Assembly (NCBI RefSeq): GCF_000143415.4
Contig: NW_003314268.1
Coordinates: 1,534,672-1,598,671 of the forward strand
Source: Selaginella moellendorffii
Lineage: Eukaryota; Plantae; Lycopodiophyta
DNA: 64,000 nucleotides
Direction: 5' to 3'
Positions 53,551-64,000 of this stretch are shown piece after piece. A model generated the notes under the pieces. That model searched no databases, had not been told where the DNA came from, and was given only the letters and a program-made list of their open reading frames with translations. The first letter of the stretch is position 1; each line of letters begins with the position of its first letter. The translations under genes and the position numbers were made by a program.

Positions 53551-54978
53551 ATGGCGCTGGAGTCTTCCAGGATCACAGTGACCAACATTTGCTTGGTTTC
53601 TCCAAGTTACAGCCCGGAGAATGTCGATCTGTTGGAGAGGAAGAAGCAAATGCGTCTCTGTGCTGCTTCTCATATGATTTGGTTCGTGCCTTACAGGACT
53701 CGCCTTCTCTTCTTCCGAAAGCCTCCTCCCCATCTCTCCTTCGGGGCCATTGTAGCAAATCTCAAGAGTTCTCTTGCCAAGGCGCTGGTGGAGTTTTATC
53801 CCCTGGCAGGGAGATTGCTTGTGAGTGACAGCGAGAATGGACTCCGGATGGATGTGGTTTGCAATGACAAAGGCGTGCTCTTCATTGAAGCCAGTGCTAC
53901 TGGAGTTACTGTTGAGGAGCTCGCAAAGGATGAAGTGAGTGGTCATTTCGAGGGGATTCCAGCAAAACTAGTGGAAGATCTGGCACAATGTGGAGACTAC
54001 GATATATTGACAATTCCATGGTCCTTCGATGCTCCTCTGTTCATCATCCAGGTACTTCAATATATATCCGCATTGATAATCAAGTCGAATCGTATGTAGG
54101 TGACAGAGCTTTCTTGTGGAGGCATTTGCATCTCCATCAAGTTCAATCACCAGCTTTTAGATGGAGCTGGGACCTGGAACTTTGTCAAGTCATGGGCCGA
54201 GGTCTGTTGTGGTAAATCTATGTCACTCAAGCCCGTGGTCGTGGAAACTCCACCATGCATTGCGGTCTCGGACGATCATCCCACAGATTTTGAGCTTCGA
54301 GCAGGGTTTGAAAGGGTCTGCAACGCGGATTTACTGAAAGTAAGCACCAAGTCAACATCGCAGTCCGCGGAGTATGACATGAAGTGCTTTGCATTCAAGA
54401 AGGAGATGATCCAAAAGATGAAGCTCGAGAATCCAGGGTTCAGCTCGTTCCAGCTTCTCACGAGTTTCATATGGTCCAGAGTTAACGCTGCGAGAGATCT
54501 CAAGGATGACGAAACCACTACTCTTTTATTTGCAGCAAACTGTAGAGGACGGATCAAGACTGTGCCGAAGGGATTCGTAGGAATGGCCGTGGTGTATGAT
54601 CACGTTTCCACCAAAGTCTCGAGCCTACGAGCTGAGGGAAATGAGCTGAGAAATGGGGCGGATCTTCTCAAGAAAAAGATCGGTGATTTGCTCACGGAGG
54701 AAGGCGCGGGTCTCTACTCAAAGGTTGTGAGCAGTGGCGACAGGGGCTTCACAGCTTTTCCTCAATCTAAGAGGGAAACAGCATTGATCGTTGGAAGTTC
54801 GTTCTACTTCCCGGTTTTCGAGGACTTTGGATTTGGAAAGCCGGTTGGAATGACGCTGGTTCGTCCTTCTGAGGATAGCAAGCTATACTATTTCCCAGGG
54901 AAGGAGGAAGGTGATGTGGTAGCATATATTGGGCTCACAAGTCACGCGATGAGAAAGCTTAGTTTTCCACAGGTTTGA
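53551..54978 (+). CDS. BAHD acyltransferase, copy 1 (459 aa)
   Basis: Exons 53551-54051 and 54100-54978, with a 48-bp intron at the conserved Q position. LKSSLAKALVEFYPLAGRL, HxxxD as NHQLLDG, DFGFG. Confidence 0.93.
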
Positions 54979-54989
54979 AACAATATAAA

Positions 54990-55770
54990 GTTGTCTCTTT
55001 GCCCCTCACCGCGGGACGGCATGGAAATCAAGGCGAGGATCTTCGAGACAGATGTTTCTGATGGTACCGTTATTGTTGACATGCACGGGAAGCTCCAGAT
55101 AATGGATCGGGCCACCGCGGCTTTTGGCTGGATGAAAGAGACGAATGCTGTCTCCTTGACTGCTATGTTCCCAGAATTTGCCCGGAATGGGCATTACAGA
55201 GGCGCTCTCGAGCTCCTCCATGGATTTGGAGGGAGTCAAGCCAAATGGCTTGCCATTTTTTTTTTCCTGGAAGCCTGCGCCGGTCCCGGGAATAGAATCT
55301 GCTGTAAAATTTTCCACTCCCGAAATCGAGGGAATGGAGCTTATGCGCTGGGGAAATGCGGTCACGTTGCGCGATGATGGCGGCGTATGCCCAAAACGGA
55401 CAGCACAGGGAAGCGCTCCGAGTCTTTAGCGAGCTCGACACGATGCTGGATCGCGAGCGTCTTGGAGGCGTCCTCAAGTTTGGCCATGGCTAGAATCTCG
55501 GATCCTTGCTAGTGGAATTCGCGTGAGCGTGATCGTGGTCGTCACCACTTACAGAAAGTGTGGAGCTCTCAGCCTCGCGAGATCCACGTTCAATGGCCTG
55601 TGCTGGAACACGATGATCTCCGCCAACGTGCAGCACGGCAACGCCAGGAAGTGCTCAAGCTCTTCAACGAGCTCAAACAAGCCGGGACTTTGAGCGAGCA
55701 CTGCTGCATGATCGATCTGCTGGGACGAGCTGGGGGATTTGAAGAGGCTGAGAGAGTGGTTGCTCCATGA
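54990..55770 (+). pseudogene. PPR pseudogene, copy 1
   Basis: GTVIVDMHGK..DRATAAFGWMKETNAVSLTAM..FARNGHYRGALELL and EHCCMIDLLGRAGGFEEAERVV, in broken frames. Confidence 0.75.
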
Positions 55771-56358
55771 AACGCAATGTCCTCTCCTGATCATGAATGT
55801 CGCCTCTCAATCACCAAGTCCTGGATAAAACCAGGGCATGGCATTTCGTAGTTCGATATAAGCTGCGGCAAATCCCCGTCACTTGTGGTCGTGGAAACTC
55901 CCCTGGACAACGAGCAGAGCTGGAGATTTAGCTCCCGCCGATTTTTCATGCGGTGGAAGATTAGAACTTGTTCACACTATCAACGCCATGAAAAGCTTCT
56001 CGTTTGCCCAGGAGTGAGATTCCACGGCAAAGAGATGGAAGACCCCGTTCTTCTCAGTCAAGTGCTGTGAAAGCTCTCCAACGCTGGAAACTATGACTCT
56101 CAGTTGGAGATGTACGCTTTCTCATGACATGAGGAGGAGTTGCCACCTCATAGATCCACGTTGGCTGGAGTTGAGTAGATCAGAGCCACATTGTCCACAC
56201 GACGCTTCCGCTATGTTTTGACACTCTCGAGACTGTCATGTTCAGGACGGCCTCCATAGACATGCAAGCCACCTCTATATGAGCCATGACTACAGCGCTC
56301 TAGGCTCGCCGTCATAGATTTTGTTTTAGTGCAGACAGGGTGTGACTGGCGGAGTCTT

Positions 56359-56580
56359 CTAGATCCTTTTGGGTATGTCCTTGAGAGCGTTCCTGGCTGA
56401 AAGATCCAGCTCTCTCTCCTCGCCACCGAGGCACTGGCGATAGCTTCGAAGGTAGTAAACGCAGCTGCGATTGCAAGAGCAGTCATCGTCACCGAAGCAG
56501 TAGTGGACACTCTCCTCTCGAGCTGCTGTTTGGACTGAGAAAATGAGGAAGATCGCCATCGAGATCTTCATCTTCGCCAT
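56359..56580 (-). CDS. Small secreted Cys-rich peptide, copy 2 (73 aa)
   Basis: MAKMKISMAIFLIFSVQTAAREESVHYCFGDDDCSCNRSCVYYLRSYRQC...; differences from copy 1 in the signal region are in-frame indels. Confidence 0.6.
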   Translation of the reverse strand: MAKMKISMAIFLIFSVQTAAREESVHYCFGDDDCSCNRSCVYYLRSYRQCLGGEERELDLSARNALKDIPKRI

Positions 56581-57806
56581 TCCTGGTGGAAACCTTAAAC
56601 GAGAGCACGAAACTCTCGAAGTTCACACTGCCTGGTCCTTAGAAACTCTCGAATCGAAATGAAAGAACAAACACTCTTTACTTTTATGGTGTATCCACCA
56701 CATCCAAGCACCGAGAACCTTTCACGTGTTCCAGCGATTCAATACTCTTCCAGCAGTGTAATCGTCTTCCAGCTCAAGCAGACACATGACAGGTGCTGCA
56801 AGAAGACAAAAGAAAACGATGTGTCACACTATAATCTTCTATGCTAGCTCCACGTTGTTCCTGATAAGTTTGCGATGGATAGAGCACCGTAGCTCTGCTG
56901 CTGCTAATCCATTCCCTGCATATTTGGAGGCAGGTTCGAAAACAGAAGATAAGCTGAAGCTTGAGATTGCTAACCCCACTTATTGCATTAATGGCTTCAA
57001 TTGATATTTGTAACTAAATTTAAGACACAATAGTTTTATATTAGAAAATTATAAATTCTTATTTAAATAATTTATAATAGTTATAAACAAAAAAAATGTA
57101 GTTTTGACCAGAAAATATGTAATTGTTATGTTTAGTTCTTATTTATGACTAAATTTTAAGTCCAAAAAACAAAGTTATAAACATAGTGGTAAAGATGGGA
57201 ATTTAAGTCATTATTTATGATGATATTTAAAAATAAACAGTTTTCTAACCAATATACATTTTTTCCTATTTTAGAAGCTTAAAGGTGCTCTTGATAAATA
57301 CTATCTAGGTCGTGGTGAATGAATGCAAGTATATTTTTTTTATGTCAGTTTTATTACTTTATATTATTTGTTGTTTCATATTTGCTAGCTTTTCTTATAA
57401 GAGAATGCATACAATCACCCACAGCAATGGAATTTACAAGGAACTCATCAATCTTCAGCATTTCCTTTATAAAACGTTCATGGTAATGGATTTAAATGAA
57501 CATTTTCCTTTGGTTTCTCTCATTTGTCATTACTCTGTGTTATCAAAAATGGATACAACCACCTTCTTTATTTTCCTAAGCCAAGCCCAATCTTTAGCCC
57601 ATTCAGGGTATAATACTCTTAATGCTTTTCGCAGCTCCAAATTTTCCTCCAAGAAGAATTTATAAGATAGGTAAAACCCTAAAATCACCAGGGAGAAAAC
57701 TAAAGGCGTAGGATATACTCTACATTTAATTAATGTTTCCTTATCACCTTGATTAAGTTTGGTCGAGCCTTCTCTCTCTCTCTTCTAAAGTCAGAAGTTT
57801 TTGGCT

Positions 57807-59234
57807 ATGGCGCTGGAGTCTTCCAGGATCACAGTAACCAACATTTGCTTGGTTTCTCCAAGTTACAGCCCGGAGAATGTCGATCTGTTGGAGAGGAAGA
57901 AGCAAATGCGTCTCTGTGCTGCTTCTCATATGATTTGGTTCGTGCCTTACAGGACTCGCCTTCTCTTCTTCCGAAAGCCTCCTCCCCATCTCTCCTTCGA
58001 GGCCATTGTAGCAAATCTCAAGAGTTCTCTTGCCAAGGCGCTGGTGGAGTTTTATCCCCTGGCAGGGAGATTGCTTGTGAGTGACAGCGAGAATGGACTC
58101 CGGATGGATGTGGTTTGCAATGACAAAGGCGTGCTCTTCATTGAAGCCAGTGCTACTGGAGTTACTGTTGAGGAGCTCGCAAAGGATGAAGTGAGTGGTC
58201 ATTTCGAGGGGATTCCAGCAAAACTAGTGGAAGATCTGGCACAATGTGGAGACTACGATATATCGACAATTCCATGGTCCTTCGATGCTCCTCTGTTCAT
58301 CATCCAGGTACTTCAATATATATCCGCATTGATAATCAAGTCGAATCGTATGTAGGTGACAGAGCTTTCTTGTGGAGGCATTTGCATCTCCGTCAAGTTC
58401 AATCACCAGCTTTTAGATGGAGCTGGGACCTGGAACTTTGTCAAGTCATGGGCCGAGGTCTGTTGTGGTAAATCTATGTCACTCAAGCCCGTGGTCGTGG
58501 AAACTCCACCATGCATTGCGGTCTCGGACGATCATCCCACAGATTTTGAGCTTCCAGCAGGATTTGAAAGGGTCTGCAACGCGGATTTACTGAAATTAAG
58601 CACCAAGTCAACATCGCAGTCCGCGGAGTATGACATGAAGTGCTTTGCATTCAAGAAGGAGATGATCCAAAAGATGAAGCTCGAGAATCCAGGGTTCAGC
58701 TCGTTCCAGCTTCTCACGAGTTTCATATGGTCCAGAGTTAACGCTGCGAGAGATCTCAAGGATGACGAAACCACTACTGTTGTATTCGCGGCGAACTGTA
58801 GAGGACGGATCAAGACTGTGCCGAAGGGATTCGTAGGAATGGCCGTGGTGTATGATCACGTTTCCACCAAAGTCTCGAGCCTACGAGCTGAGGGAAATGA
58901 GCTGAGAAACGGGGCGGATCTTCTCAAGAAAAAGATCGGTGATTTGCTCACGGAGGAAGGCGTGGGTCTCTACTCAAAGGTTGTGAGCAGTGGCGACAGG
59001 GGCTTCACCGCTTTTCCTCAATCTAAGAGGGAAACAGCATTGATCGTTGGAAGTTCGTTCTACTTCCCGGTTTTCGAGGACTTTGGATTTGGAAAGGCGG
59101 TTGGAATGACGCTGGTTCGTCCTTCTGAGGATGGCAGGCTATACTATTTCCCAGGGAAGGAGGAAGGTGATGTGGTAGCATATATTGGGCTCACAAGTCA
59201 CGCGATGAGAAAGCTTAGTTTTCCACAGGTTTGA
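57807..59234 (+). CDS. BAHD acyltransferase, copy 2 (459 aa)
   Basis: Exons 57807-58307 and 58356-59234; same motifs as copy 1, with 11 amino-acid differences. Confidence 0.93.
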
Positions 59235-59246
59235 AACAATATAAAG

Positions 59247-60015
59247 TTGTCTCTTTGCCCTTCACCGCGGGACGGCATGGAAATCAAGGCGAGGATCTTC
59301 GAGACAGATGTTTCTGATGGTACCGTTATTGTTGACATGCACGGGAAGCTCCAGATAATGGATCGGGCCACCGCGGCTTTTGGCTGGATCAAAGAGAGGA
59401 ATGCTGTCTCCTTGACTGCTATGTTCCCAGAATTTGCCCGGAATGGGCATTACAGAGACGCTCTCGAGTTCCTCCATGGATTTGGAGGGAGTCAAGCCAA
59501 ATGGCGTGACATATATTGTCTTTCTGGAAGCCTGCGCCGGGGATAGAATCTGCCGTAAAATTCTCCACTCCCGAAACCGAGGGAATGGAGCTTGATTTCT
59601 TCGTCAGAAATGGTGGTCTCGGCTTATGCGCTGGAGAAATGCGGGCGACAGCACAGGGAGTCTTTTGGGAGCTCGACCTCGAAAAACACGAGCGCCTTCG
59701 AGACGTCCTCAAGTTTGGCCATGGCTGGAAGCCTCCACTCTCGGATCCTTGCCAGTGGAACGCGTGAGCGTGATCGTGGTCGTGACCACTTACAGGAACT
59801 CTCAGCCTCGCGAGATCCACGTTCAATGGCCTATGCTGGAACACGGTGATCTCCGCCTACGTGCAGCACGGCAACGCCAGGAAGGGCTCAAGCTCTTCAA
59901 CGAGCTCAAGCAAGCCGGGGAGCGGCCAAACAGCATCACTTTGAGCGGCTGCATGATCGATCTGCTGGGAGGAGCTGAGGGATTGGAGGAGGCTGAGAGA
60001 GAGGCTGCTCCATGA
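59247..60015 (+). pseudogene. PPR pseudogene, copy 2
   Basis: Paralogous to 54990-55770; GWIKERNAVSLTAM, LKLFNELKQAGERPNSIT, CMIDLLG. Confidence 0.75.
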
Positions 60016-60798
60016 AACGCAATGTCCTCTCCTGATCATGAACGTCGTCTCTGTGAACTTCAATCACCAAGTCCTGGATAAAACCAGGGCATGGCATTTC
60101 GTAGTTCGATATAAGCTGCGACAAATCCCCGTCACTTGAGCAGGTGGTTGTGGAAACTCCCCTGGACAACGAGCAGAGCTGGAGATTTAGCTCCCGCCGA
60201 TTTTTCATGCGGTGGAAGATTAGACTTTGTTCACAACTTCTCACTATCAACGCCATGAAAGGCTTCTCGTTTGCAAACCAGGCGATTGGGTTTCCAAGGA
60301 GTGAGATTCCAGAGCTCCTCACGGCAAAGAGATGGAAGCTACCCCGTGTTCTTCGCGGTCAACTGCTGTGAAAGCTCTCCAACGCTGGAAACTATGACTC
60401 TTAGTACGCTTTCTCATGACATGAGGAGTTGCCACCTCATAGAACCACGTTGGCTAAAGTTGACGAAGGCAACGATATATCAGAGCCACATTGTCCACAC
60501 GACGCTTCCGCTATGTTTTGACACTCTCGAGACTGTCATGTTCAGGACGGCCTCCAAGCTACCTCTATATGAGCCATGACTGTCCACACTATGCTTCCAC
60601 TGTGTTTTGACATGGTATCGGCCTTGAGGGCGTTCCCTCTTGGATGCTGAGCGCTGCTATTGCACAACATCAGCACCTCCGCCTGTGTGCCCCGCGCCCA
60701 GCGTCAAGCACGCCTCTGGTACAGCGCTCTAGGCTCGCCTCTGTCCCATTGCCATAGATCTTGTTTTAGTGCAGACAGGGTGTGACTGGCGGAGTCTC

Positions 60799-61020
60799 CT
60801 AGATCTTTTTGGGTATGTCCTTGAGAGCGTTCCTGGCTGAAAGATCCAGCTCTTTCTCCTCGCCACCGAGGCACCGGCGATAGCTTCGAAGGTAGTAAAC
60901 GCAGCTGCGATTGCAAGAGCAGTCATCGTCACCGAAGCAGTAGTGCACACTCTCCTCTCGAGCTGCTGTTTGGACTGAGAAAATGAGGAAGATCGCCATC
61001 GAGATCTTCAACTTCGCCAT
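60799..61020 (-). CDS. Small secreted Cys-rich peptide, copy 3 (73 aa)
   Basis: MAKLKISMAIFLIFSVQTAAREESVHYCFGDDDCSCNRSCVYYLRSYRRC... Confidence 0.6.
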   Translation of the reverse strand: MAKLKISMAIFLIFSVQTAAREESVHYCFGDDDCSCNRSCVYYLRSYRRCLGGEEKELDLSARNALKDIPKKI

Positions 61021-63419
61021 TCCTGGTGGAAACCTTAAGCGAGAGCACGAAATTCTGGTCCTTAGAAACTCTCAAATCGAAATGAAAGAACAAACACTCT
61101 TACTTTTGTGGTGTATCCACCACATCCAAGCACCGAGAACCTTTCACGTTTTCCAGCGATTCAATACTCTTCCAGCAGTGTAATCGTCTTCCAGCTCAAG
61201 CAGACACATGACAGGTGCTGCAAGAAGACAAAAGAAAACGATGTGTCGCACTATAATCTTCTATGCTAGCTCCAAGTTCGCTCTGAGTGCCTCCGATAAG
61301 TTTGCGATGGATAGAGCACCGTAGCTCTGCTGCTGCTAATCCATTCCCTGCATCAGCTTATCTTCTCTTTTAAAACCTGCCTCCTTCAAGCTTGAGATTG
61401 CTAACCACTAGCCCCACTTATTGCATTAAGTTGCAATAAAACATTTATTTGAAGAGCTTATGACAAACTTAAAACTAAATTTTAGTTACCTCACATGTTG
61501 GTTTAGTAGTAACTTGCACATTTAGAATACTTAAACACACAAGCAAAATAGAAGCACTAACCACTTTATAAATAGGTAATAAATTGTTTCATTCCCATGT
61601 AACCATTTTGTGAAATAATTAAATACATTATAATCCTCAATAACTCAAATTAATACCACAATCATCTAAAATTACTGAATTTTCACCAATTTAAAATATT
61701 TTACTGAAGAAGTAAGGTGGCAGAAGAATATTTTACGAATATTTCAATTTAATCTTTCTATTGAAAACCATGCATCATGTGGTGCTCAATGATGTTTACC
61801 ATAAAAATAAATATGATATATGATAATATGTATAAAGAGAACATGGTTTCCTTCACACCTTAAACACTAACATGTAAGTTTCATTTCTAAATCTTAAACA
61901 AAAGGCTTAATATAAGTTTGAGAAAGAAAATAATTTATTAATTTTAATAAGAATACAAAGTCGTTCAATAAAAAATTATGAGTTAGAGGTAGGCACATTA
62001 TATTGCTACTAGTAATTTAGTTGATATATAATGTTTAAAATTTTGCAATTATAACACTTTAATAACTAACATTTTGTCCATTACATAAAATTTTAAATTG
62101 CAACTCTAACTCTAGAGACATATTTAAAATTATCTAGTTTTAGAGAATATGTTGTAAACTATAATAAATTATGATATATATTTCAGTTGTAAAGAACAAC
62201 TCTATTTTTCAACTAAATTTTGTGTGAATATACAAGCTGTCACAAATTACAACACAAAATTTGTAACTAAAGCCAATTTGCAAAGTGAAATTTATAACTT
62301 AAATTTACAATAAACACAATAAAATCGTTGAAAATATATATAGAGTTGCTACTATTACTCCCACTCCTGAAGGAGATGTCGTTTATGAATATGGCTGCAC
62401 GTCTTTGGTTTCCTCCTGGCTTTCGTCCTTAACCATGCTATGAGCAGAGCACTATCCTTGTTGTGGATCAGTTCATGTAATGTCCGTTCGGCCGAAAGGA
62501 GTCTTGATAATTCTCCGTGACTTAGACCGGCATTGTTCTTCGACCGACTTCTTGTTCTTCGTCTTCCTCGCCCTGTTTCTTATGCAATCCATGGTGGTGA
62601 TGCGTTGAAACGAAGGACCATCTCTTCAGTCAAAGGTAGCCATGAGAATCCAACTGGGAATCATCCGGAGATTTGAATAAAAACACCAAGAAAAACTGGG
62701 CTGTGTGCTGCGCTTGGATGCACTGAGATCTGCTGGGTAGCTTGCTGGGTGAGACTGCTGGGCTGGGGGCAGACAAGGTGTGACTGGCCGAGACTTGGAT
62801 CAAGAGGATGGAGTCTTCTAGATCTTTTTGGGTATGTCCCTGCTCTCTCGCTCTGCTATTTAGGTGTGGATCACGCCCTGTGACATGATCAGAGAGCCTT
62901 GTGTGAGGCGTCACCTTAAGAGGGGGACGGGATGAGGATGGAGAGGCTTTAGAGAGGGAGACTTCCAGTGTTTCGACCACGACATTTTCATATCTGATTA
63001 AGCGAGAGGGAGTGTTGGAGATGTATGACCTCTCATGACATGAGGGGTCTACGTGTCACCACCATGCATAGAGTATATATATAAGCAAGAGCCATGACAA
63101 TATATCAAAGCCACATTGTCCACAATACAGCTATGTTTTGGCACTCAAGGCTGTCATGCTCCAGATGGCTCCATGGACATGCAAGTGTCTACAGTGTGAT
63201 AATATAGTATGTCGTTTGGTAATAAATTGTCATAGATATTCCAAGCTTCTGCCACTTGTAAAGTCTTGGGATACCTACTTGGCAACAGTTGAAATCCAAC
63301 CAATTTGGAGTCCACTGGCTCTAGTAACTTTCTCCAAGGGGAGCTTCCTAGAAGACAGTAAATCTTTTAATATGAAGGTCTAAATCCAGATGTTATGAGC
63401 AATTTTTCCTAAGAAAAAA

Positions 63420-63824
63420 ATGTATTCAAAATTCTTATCTATTTCTATTTTCTACTGTTTACTTTGTAATTGTTATTCAATAGAAATGTTTATTTATAAT
63501 AGACTAGGTGGTGACATTGATTTATCTTGTGACTCTGAATCTAATGATGTAGTTGGTCCAAATATTATAGCTGATAGAAAAAGTTTACATTTTAGTTTTG
63601 GAACACGTTGGGTTTTTGGTCGAACTCAATTTTGGTGTCGTTTAACTAATATGAATGGGCAAGTATCAAGAAATTTTAATGTTTATACACAAAATAGTAA
63701 TGAAGATTATGAAGAAGCCTTAATTATAGAATATTATGTATTTGATTATGGAATTTTTGAAACTCACATACATAAGAATAAAAAATTCTGGTCTCTACTT
63801 CAGAGAAAGTCTTCTCCATTCTAG
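63420..63824 (+). CDS. S-protein homologue (SPH; plant self-incompatibility S1 family), secreted, 134 aa
   Basis: Signal peptide, then IYNRLGGDIDLSCDSESNDVVG..LHFSFG...FGRTQFWC......NFNVY, matching the SPH pattern I.N.L....L..HC.S...DLG...F.F....T.F.C...F.VY; intronless. Confidence 0.78.
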   Translation: MYSKFLSISIFYCLLCNCYSIEMFIYNRLGGDIDLSCDSESNDVVGPNIIADRKSLHFSFGTRWVFGRTQFWCRLTNMNGQVSRNFNVYTQNSNEDYEEALIIEYYVFDYGIFETHIHKNKKFWSLLQRKSSPF

Positions 63825-64000
63825 CTATTTAAAATAATGGCTTTATGTAATATTTTAGTAATATTTATTTTTGTGAAAAAATCATATATTATCATTTTAA
63901 TAGTTGTAAACATTTTCATTGATGAGTATTCTCTATTCCTTTTTTTTTTTTTAGAAAGCCTGTAGGGGACAGGTGTAATAAATAATTTTAGAAAATCTAA

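Larger units (their letters stand above)
52100..61430. repeat. Tandem segmental duplication, ~4.3-4.4 kb unit (peptide, BAHD, PPR pseudogene), about 2.3 copies
   Basis: BAHD copies are offset by 4256 bp. The peptide and its upstream region recur at ~52100-52660, ~56300-56990 and ~60720-61430. Confidence 0.92.

Overview
This is eukaryotic nuclear DNA from a land plant with a very compact genome: introns are mostly 45-100 bp, genes are tightly packed and PLS-type PPR remnants are common. That pattern fits the lycophyte Selaginella, but the species is my inference. The housekeeping genes are a ZUP1/ZUFSP-like C78 peptidase, ESS2/DGCR14, two DMP (DUF679) genes, an At4g36180/MUSTACHES-type LRR-RLK, MCM4, tRNA-Asn(GTT), a plastid type-I DnaJ, a BAP31-like gene, an OTS-type SUMO protease, an unassigned 168-aa coiled-coil gene, a NUDT25/26/27-type Nudix hydrolase and RRC1/SR140. 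Three accessory regions interrupt them. (1) A decayed transposon field lies at about 6.4-13.9 kb. (2) A ~16 kb island at 25.6-41.7 kb is bracketed by a ~720-bp direct duplication of the DnaJ-3'/BAP31-5' junction. It carries a tight trio of intact enzyme genes: a CYP72-clan P450 with a non-canonical I-helix, an intronless CCR-clade reductase transcribed divergently from it, and a COMT-type O-methyltransferase. (3) A ~4.3 kb tandem module (small secreted Cys-rich peptide, BAHD acyltransferase, PPR pseudogene) occurs about 2.3 times at 52-61.4 kb and is followed by an AT-rich S-protein-homologue (SPH) gene. The best candidate for an undescribed system is a specialised-metabolism gene cluster (P450 + reductase + OMT, possibly with the two BAHDs). 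Exon coordinates were derived by eye from GT-AG signals and reading-frame continuity; no database searches were run.
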